Below are positions 43,214 to 48,722 of a stretch of 48,722 nucleotides of DNA, in pieces. Source of the stretch: Cloacibacterium sp. Lineage in GTDB: Bacteria; Bacteroidota; Bacteroidia; Flavobacteriales; Weeksellaceae. A program made the translations under genes and the position numbers. The stretch lies in assembly GCA_041909215.1 (NCBI GenBank), contig JAYRDY010000001.1, positions 1-48,722 of the forward strand, in the 5' to 3' direction. Position 1 is the stretch's first letter; the number at the start of each line of letters is the position of its first letter. Under the pieces are notes generated by a model. It ran no database searches and had not been told where the DNA came from. It worked only from the letters and a program-made list of their open reading frames with translations.

Positions 43214-46200
43214 ATGAAAAATGGATTATATCAACCGCAGTTTGATTTCGACTCTTGCGGTGTTGGTTTTGTAGCGAATCTTAAAGGGATTAAAAGTCAT
43301 AAAATTGTATCTGATGCAATTACTATGCTTGAGAATATGGAGCACCGCGGTGCTACTGGGTATGAAAAGAATACTGGTGATGGTGCAGGAATCCAAATTC
43401 AGATTCCTCACGAGTTTTTGTATGAAAAAGCGCTCGAAAATGGTTTTTACCTTCCCGATGTTGGTAATTATGGTTTGGGGATGCTTTTCTTTCCGCAAGA
43501 TGATGCGTTGCGCGATGAGTGCAAAAGAATTATTGAAAATTCAGCGGAAAAACTCAATTATAAAATTTTAGGATTTCGTCCAGTTCCTGTTAATAATTTT
43601 GATATTGGCGAAACCGCAAAATCTGTAGAACCTGTAATGGAAATGATTTTTATTGAAAAACCATTCGATGTAACTTCTGATGATGATTTCGAGAGAAAAT
43701 TATTTATTTTTAGAAATTATATTTCTCACCAAATTGCCAATATTACCCAAAACGACCCAATTGGTTTTTATGTAGCTTCTATGTCTTGTAGAAAATTAAT
43801 CTATAAAGGGCAGTTGCGAAGTGTACAAATCAGAAATTATTTCAAAGATTTAACAGATCCTAAACTCACTTCCGCTTTCGGAATGATACACTCTAGGTTT
43901 GCTACAAACACCAACCCGAATTGGAATCTTGCACAACCTTTCCGCTTTTTAGCACATAACGGCGAAATTAATACGGTTCAAGGGAATTTAAACTGGCTTC
44001 GTTCTGGCGAAAAAAATCTAGAAAGTCCATATTTTACACAACAAGAAATGGATATGCTTTTGCCTTTAACCAAGCCTAATCAATCAGATTCATCATATTT
44101 AGATAATATGGTAGAATTGTTGGTGCATTCTGGTAGAAGTTTACCACACGTAATGATGATGCTCATTCCTGAAGCTTGGGACGGAGACAAACATATGGAA
44201 GCTTACAAAAAATATTTCTATGCTTTCCACGCTTGTGTGATGGAACCTTGGGACGGACCAGCTTCTATCTCTTTCACAGACGGAAAAGTAATTGGGGCAA
44301 CTCTTGATAGAAATGGACTTCGTCCTTCTAGATATTGCGTAACAAGTGATGATACCATTGTGATGGCTTCAGAATCTGGTGCGCTTCCTGTAGATCCTGC
44401 AAAAGTGATTAAAAGAGGAAGATTGCAACCTGGGAAAATGTTTTTAGTCGATTTAAAGAAAGGAAGAATCATTAATGATGATGAGCTGAAAAAGGAAATT
44501 TGTACTTCTCAACCGTATCAGCAATGGCTAGAAGAAAAACAAATTAAATTAGACGAACTTCCTGAACCAAGAATGAGATTTACCAGAATTCAAGGGCAAG
44601 ATGTTCTTAAATTTCAAAAAGCGTTCGGATATTCTAGAGAAGATATAGAAAAAGTAATCAAAGTAATGGCAGAGTCTGGCAAAGAACCAATCGGTTCTAT
44701 GGGATTTGATTCTCCAATTGCAGTTTTAAGCGAAAAACCACAACATTTAAGTTCTTATTTCAAACAATTATTTGCTCAAGTTACCAATCCGCCAATTGAT
44801 CCAATTCGTGAAAGATTGGTAATGTCTCTTACCACAATTATCGGTGGAAACGGAAACTTATTAACAGGCGATAAAAAATTTGCACACAGTGTAACGTTAG
44901 ATAATCCAATTTTAGACAATCTTCAATTAGAAAAATTAAGAAGTATTGATACAGGGGATTTCCAAGCGAAAACTTTACAAACGTATTTCAAAGCTGATGG
45001 AAAACCTGGAAGTTTGAAAAAAGGAATCGACAGACTTTGCCGTTACGCGATGGATGCGGTGCAAGATGGTTTTGATGTAATTATCCTTTCCGATAGAGCT
45101 ATAGATTCTAATCACGCTGCAATCCCGAGTTTATTGGCTTGTTCTGCGGTTCATCATCATTTAATAAGAATGGGTGTTCGTAGAAAAGTAGGTTTGGTGG
45201 TAGAAGTGGGCGATGCTTGGGAAGTTCATCATTTTGCAACTTTACTCGGTTTTGGTGCAACTGCAATTAATCCTTATTTGGCTTTGGCAACCATCAGAGA
45301 AATGGTGAATTCTGGCGAAATTAAAGGTGAAGATTATCCTAAAGCAAAGAAAAATTATATTAAATCTGTTGGCGATGGCTTGTTGAAAATTTTCTCAAAA
45401 ATGGGAATTTCAACGTTGATGTCTTATCAAGGAGCGCAGATTTTTGAAATTATAGGCTTAAATAAATTAGTAGTAAACACTTGTTTTACGGGAGCGATTT
45501 CCAGAATTGAAGGACTTGGTTTTGATGATTTGGCAGAAGAAGCTTTAGCAAAACATTTTGATGCTTATGCGCCTAAATTTGAACAACCTGTCTTAAATGA
45601 AGGCGGTGTTTATCAATGGAAAAGAAAAGGAGAGTATCATATGTACAATCCTCAAACCGTTGATTTATTACAAAAAGCCACAAGAAATAACGATTACGAA
45701 ACTTTCAAAAAATATTCAAGAGCTGCCAATAATTTAACCAATAATGCGGCTACTCTCAGAAGTTTATTAGAATTTAAAAACGACAGACCAGCCATTCCGA
45801 TTGAGGAAGTAGAACCTGTAGAAAATATTTTGAAACGTTTTGCGAGCGGTGCAATGTCTTTCGGTTCCATTTCTTACGAAGCGCATTCTACTTTAGCGAT
45901 TGCAATGAATAGAATTGGTGCGAAAAGTAACACTGGAGAAGGTGGCGAAGACGAAATCCGTTATCAACTCAACGAAAAAGGAGAAAATCTTCGTTCGGCG
46001 ATTAAACAAGTGGCTTCGGGAAGATTTGGCGTTACTGCAAGATATTTAGCAGAAGCTGATGAAATTCAAATAAAAATGGCGCAAGGTGCAAAACCTGGAG
46101 AAGGAGGACAATTACCTGGCGATAAAGTAGATGCTTGGATTGGGAAAACACGTCACTCAACTCCTGGAGTTGGTTTAATTTCTCCGCCACCACATCACGA

Positions 46201-47701
46201 TATTTATTCCATCGAAGATTTAGCTCAATTGATTTTCGATCTTAAAAATGCGAATAGACACGCTAGAATTTCTGTAAAATTGGTGTCAAAAGCAGGAGTT
46301 GGAACCATTGCAGCAGGTGTTGCAAAAGCAAAAGCAGATCATATTTTGATTTCTGGTTACGATGGCGGAACTGGTGCATCGCCTTTAAGTTCGGTGCGTC
46401 ACGCTGGTTTACCTTGGGAATTAGGTTTGGTAGAAACGCATCAAACGTTAATTAAACATAAATTAAGACAAAGAGTTACGGTACAAACAGACGGACAAAT
46501 AAAAACTGGACGAGACATTGTAATGGCAACTTTGATGGGTGCTGAAGAATGGGGAATTGCCACTTCTGCTTTAATTGTTCAAGGTTGTATTTTGATGAGA
46601 AAATGCCACGAAAACACCTGTCCAGTTGGTATCGCAACACAAAACGGTGAATTAAGAAAAAAATTCACAGGAAATGCCGATCATTTGGTGAATTATTTCA
46701 CATTCTTGGCAACGGAAACCAGAGAAATTATGGCTTCGCTAGGCTTTAGAACGGTTGATGAAATGGTAGGGCAATACCAATGTTTAACCAAAAGAGAAGA
46801 TTTAAAATTTTGGAAAGCTAAAACCGTTGACTTAAGTGCATTTTTACAAAAAATGGACACAGAATTGCCTCTCACGAAATCTGAACCTCAGGAAGATGAA
46901 TTGGTAGATTCATTATCTTGGAAGTTGATTGAAGCGGCTCAAAACGCCATCGAAAGTAACGGAAAATGTGAAGCAGAATTTAATATCATCAATACCGATA
47001 GAACTGTTGGGACGATTCTTTCTCACGAATTAACCAAAATTTATAAATCTGAAGGAATGCCAGAAGATGCTTTGAGATTTAATTTCAAAGGAACTGCCGG
47101 ACAAAGTTTCGGGGCGTTCTGCAACAAAGGAATTACGATGAAATTAGAAGGCGACGGAAACGATTATTTCGGAAAAGGACTTTCTGGTGGTAAATTGGTT
47201 GTTCATCCTGATAGAAGTTCTACTTTCAAAGCCAATGAAAATAGCATTATTGGTAACGTAGCTTTATATGGCGCAACCAGTGGAAAAGTCTTCATCAACG
47301 GAATGGCAGGAGAGCGTTTCTGCGTAAGGAATTCTGGCGCAACTGCTGTTGTGGAAGGAGTTGGAGCTCACGGTTGCGAATATATGACTGGTGGAACTGT
47401 GGTAGTTTTGGGTGGAGTTGGTAAAAATTTCGGAGCGGGAATGAGCGGTGGAATCGCTTACATTTGGGATGTGAACGAAACGTTGAAACAAAATTTCAAT
47501 CCTGATATGGCAGATTTAGAAGGTTTGACGGAAAAAGATAAAAACACCATCAAAAATCTAGTGGAAGAACACGTGAAGGAAACCGATAGTGATTTAGGAA
47601 AATATTTGTTGCAAGATTTTGAAGAAAATTTAAAATATTTTGTGAAAGTTTTCCCTAGAGATTACAAAAAAGTGTTGGAAAAACAAGGTGTTGAATTTTA
47701 G
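43214..47701 (+). CDS. gltB: Glutamate synthase large subunit
   Basis: Ntn Cys DSCGVGF, HSRFATNT, KQVASGRFG, CILMRKCHENTCP, GERFCVRNSG; TAGTTTTG promoter at 43189-43196. Confidence 0.99.
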   Translation: MKNGLYQPQFDFDSCGVGFVANLKGIKSHKIVSDAITMLENMEHRGATGYEKNTGDGAGIQIQIPHEFLYEKALENGFYLPDVGNYGLGMLFFPQDDALRDECKRIIENSAEKLNYKILGFRPVPVNNFDIGETAKSVEPVMEMIFIEKPFDVTSDDDFERKLFIFRNYISHQIANITQNDPIGFYVASMSCRKLIYKGQLRSVQIRNYFKDLTDPKLTSAFGMIHSRFATNTNPNWNLAQPFRFLAHNGEINTVQGNLNWLRSGEKNLESPYFTQQEMDMLLPLTKPNQSDSSYLDNMVELLVHSGRSLPHVMMMLIPEAWDGDKHMEAYKKYFYAFHACVMEPWDGPASISFTDGKVIGATLDRNGLRPSRYCVTSDDTIVMASESGALPVDPAKVIKRGRLQPGKMFLVDLKKGRIINDDELKKEICTSQPYQQWLEEKQIKLDELPEPRMRFTRIQGQDVLKFQKAFGYSREDIEKVIKVMAESGKEPIGSMGFDSPIAVLSEKPQHLSSYFKQLFAQVTNPPIDPIRERLVMSLTTIIGGNGNLLTGDKKFAHSVTLDNPILDNLQLEKLRSIDTGDFQAKTLQTYFKADGKPGSLKKGIDRLCRYAMDAVQDGFDVIILSDRAIDSNHAAIPSLLACSAVHHHLIRMGVRRKVGLVVEVGDAWEVHHFATLLGFGATAINPYLALATIREMVNSGEIKGEDYPKAKKNYIKSVGDGLLKIFSKMGISTLMSYQGAQIFEIIGLNKLVVNTCFTGAISRIEGLGFDDLAEEALAKHFDAYAPKFEQPVLNEGGVYQWKRKGEYHMYNPQTVDLLQKATRNNDYETFKKYSRAANNLTNNAATLRSLLEFKNDRPAIPIEEVEPVENILKRFASGAMSFGSISYEAHSTLAIAMNRIGAKSNTGEGGEDEIRYQLNEKGENLRSAIKQVASGRFGVTARYLAEADEIQIKMAQGAKPGEGGQLPGDKVDAWIGKTRHSTPGVGLISPPPHHDIYSIEDLAQLIFDLKNANRHARISVKLVSKAGVGTIAAGVAKAKADHILISGYDGGTGASPLSSVRHAGLPWELGLVETHQTLIKHKLRQRVTVQTDGQIKTGRDIVMATLMGAEEWGIATSALIVQGCILMRKCHENTCPVGIATQNGELRKKFTGNADHLVNYFTFLATETREIMASLGFRTVDEMVGQYQCLTKREDLKFWKAKTVDLSAFLQKMDTELPLTKSEPQEDELVDSLSWKLIEAAQNAIESNGKCEAEFNIINTDRTVGTILSHELTKIYKSEGMPEDALRFNFKGTAGQSFGAFCNKGITMKLEGDGNDYFGKGLSGGKLVVHPDRSSTFKANENSIIGNVALYGATSGKVFINGMAGERFCVRNSGATAVVEGVGAHGCEYMTGGTVVVLGGVGKNFGAGMSGGIAYIWDVNETLKQNFNPDMADLEGLTEKDKNTIKNLVEEHVKETDSDLGKYLLQDFEENLKYFVKVFPRDYKKVLEKQGVEF

Positions 47702-47750
47702 AATTAATAAAGTTTGAATGGGTTTGAAATTGTCTGAAATCGTTTGATGA

Positions 47751-47831
47751 GTTCCGTAGGAACGAACGATTTCGTAGCATTGGAATTCATTCCAATGTAT
47801 TTAAAACGGAGCATTAGAATTCATTCCAATA
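47751..47831 (+). repeat. GTAG-type REP cluster between gltB and gltD
   Basis: GTTCC-GTA-GGAAC hairpin; GTAG+CATTGGAA-TTCA-TTCCAATG (47774-47797); degenerate second copy (47808-47831). Confidence 0.65.
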
Positions 47832-47871
47832 AATTTAAAACAAATCATCGGAATTAGAAAAAATTAAAAAA

Positions 47872-48722
47872 ATGGGAAAAACAGACGGTTTTTTATTATA
47901 TAAAAGAGAGTTGCCAACTAAAGATGCAGTTGCGGACAGAGTAAAACACTATAAAGAATTTCAGCATTTGCCATCAGCGGAATTACTGAATAAGCAATCT
48001 GCAAGATGTATGAATTGCGGAATTCCTTTCTGTATGAGTGGTTGTCCGCTCGGAAATGTAATTCCAGAATTTAATGATGCGGTGTATAAAGAAGAGTGGA
48101 AAAAAGCCTACGATATTTTAAGCACTACCAATCCTTTTCCAGAATTTACGGGCAGAATTTGTCCTGCTCCTTGCGAAGGTTCTTGCGTTTTAGGTATTAA
48201 TGAATTGCCAGTAACAATAGAAGAAGTAGAGAAAAATATTATCGAAATTGCTTATCAAAACGGCTATGTAAAACCAAGGCTTCCTTTAAAGAGAACAGGC
48301 AAAAAAGTAGCAGTTATCGGTTCTGGACCTTCTGGTTTAGCAGCAGCCGAAAAATTGAATCAATTAGGACATTCTGTAACAGTTTTCGAGAGAGAATCTG
48401 AAGTAGGCGGTTTGTTGAGGTTCGGGATTCCTGATTTTAAATTAGATAAATCTGTGGTAAAAAGAAGAGTGGAATTGATGAAAGCAGAAGGAATTGAATT
48501 TAAAACCAATACTTTGGTGGGCAAAGATTATTCTGCGGAACAATTGAATAGAGAATTTCACGCCATTGTTTTAGCAATGGGTTCTACCGTTCCTAGAAAT
48601 TTACCCATCCTAAATCGTGATGCAAAAGGCGTTTATTTCGCGATGGAATATCTCCGACAAAACAACAAAAAAGTAAGCAATATTGCTTTTACAGAAGATA
48701 ATATTGATGCAAAAGGTAAGAA
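47872..48722 (+). CDS. gltD: Glutamate synthase small subunit, 3' truncated by window edge (missing from the ORF track)
   Basis: MGKTDGF...RCMNCGIPFC...GCPLGN, FTGRICPAPCE, VAVIGSGPSG; follows gltB. Confidence 0.97.
   Translation, partial: MGKTDGFLLYKRELPTKDAVADRVKHYKEFQHLPSAELLNKQSARCMNCGIPFCMSGCPLGNVIPEFNDAVYKEEWKKAYDILSTTNPFPEFTGRICPAPCEGSCVLGINELPVTIEEVEKNIIEIAYQNGYVKPRLPLKRTGKKVAVIGSGPSGLAAAEKLNQLGHSVTVFERESEVGGLLRFGIPDFKLDKSVVKRRVELMKAEGIEFKTNTLVGKDYSAEQLNREFHAIVLAMGSTVPRNLPILNRDAKGVYFAMEYLRQNNKKVSNIAFTEDNIDAKGK

Overview
AT-rich chromosomal window from a Bacteroidota (Flavobacteriales, most likely Weeksellaceae, e.g. Cloacibacterium/Chryseobacterium-like; inferred from TAnnTTTG promoters, near absence of SD sequences, protein style and Gln at +1 after signal peptides). 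Most of it is housekeeping or envelope genes: mtgA, recF with a DciA-like neighbour, alpha-2-macroglobulin plus ecotin, a TolC/HlyD/ABC-permease operon with a Crp/Fnr regulator, glutaminyl cyclase, 2-oxoacid dehydrogenase E1 and E2, rpsF-rpsR-rplI, lipB, lysS and gltB-gltD. The notable part is a roughly 10-kb minus-strand metal/redox cluster (30342-40612). It holds a CzcCBA-type RND pump with a cytochrome b inserted in it, a signal-less ApbE flavin transferase, a rubrerythrin-VIT1 (MbfA-like) iron exporter, and a second cytochrome b whose unstructured tail carries an ApbE flavinylation motif (DGTSGAS) and a 10-His metal-binding end. The two apparent transcription starts of the cluster are each preceded by a paralogous His-containing small ORF ending in a (Q/P)PP motif followed by a hairpin, which suggests metal-sensing arrest-peptide leaders. 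A cytochrome c lipoprotein gene is divergent from the cluster. Intergenic regions carry several flavobacterial REP-like or structured repeats, and some appear inserted in-frame in genes. No rRNA, tRNA, CRISPR array, integrase or transposase was seen. All family calls come from motif recognition, not database searches.
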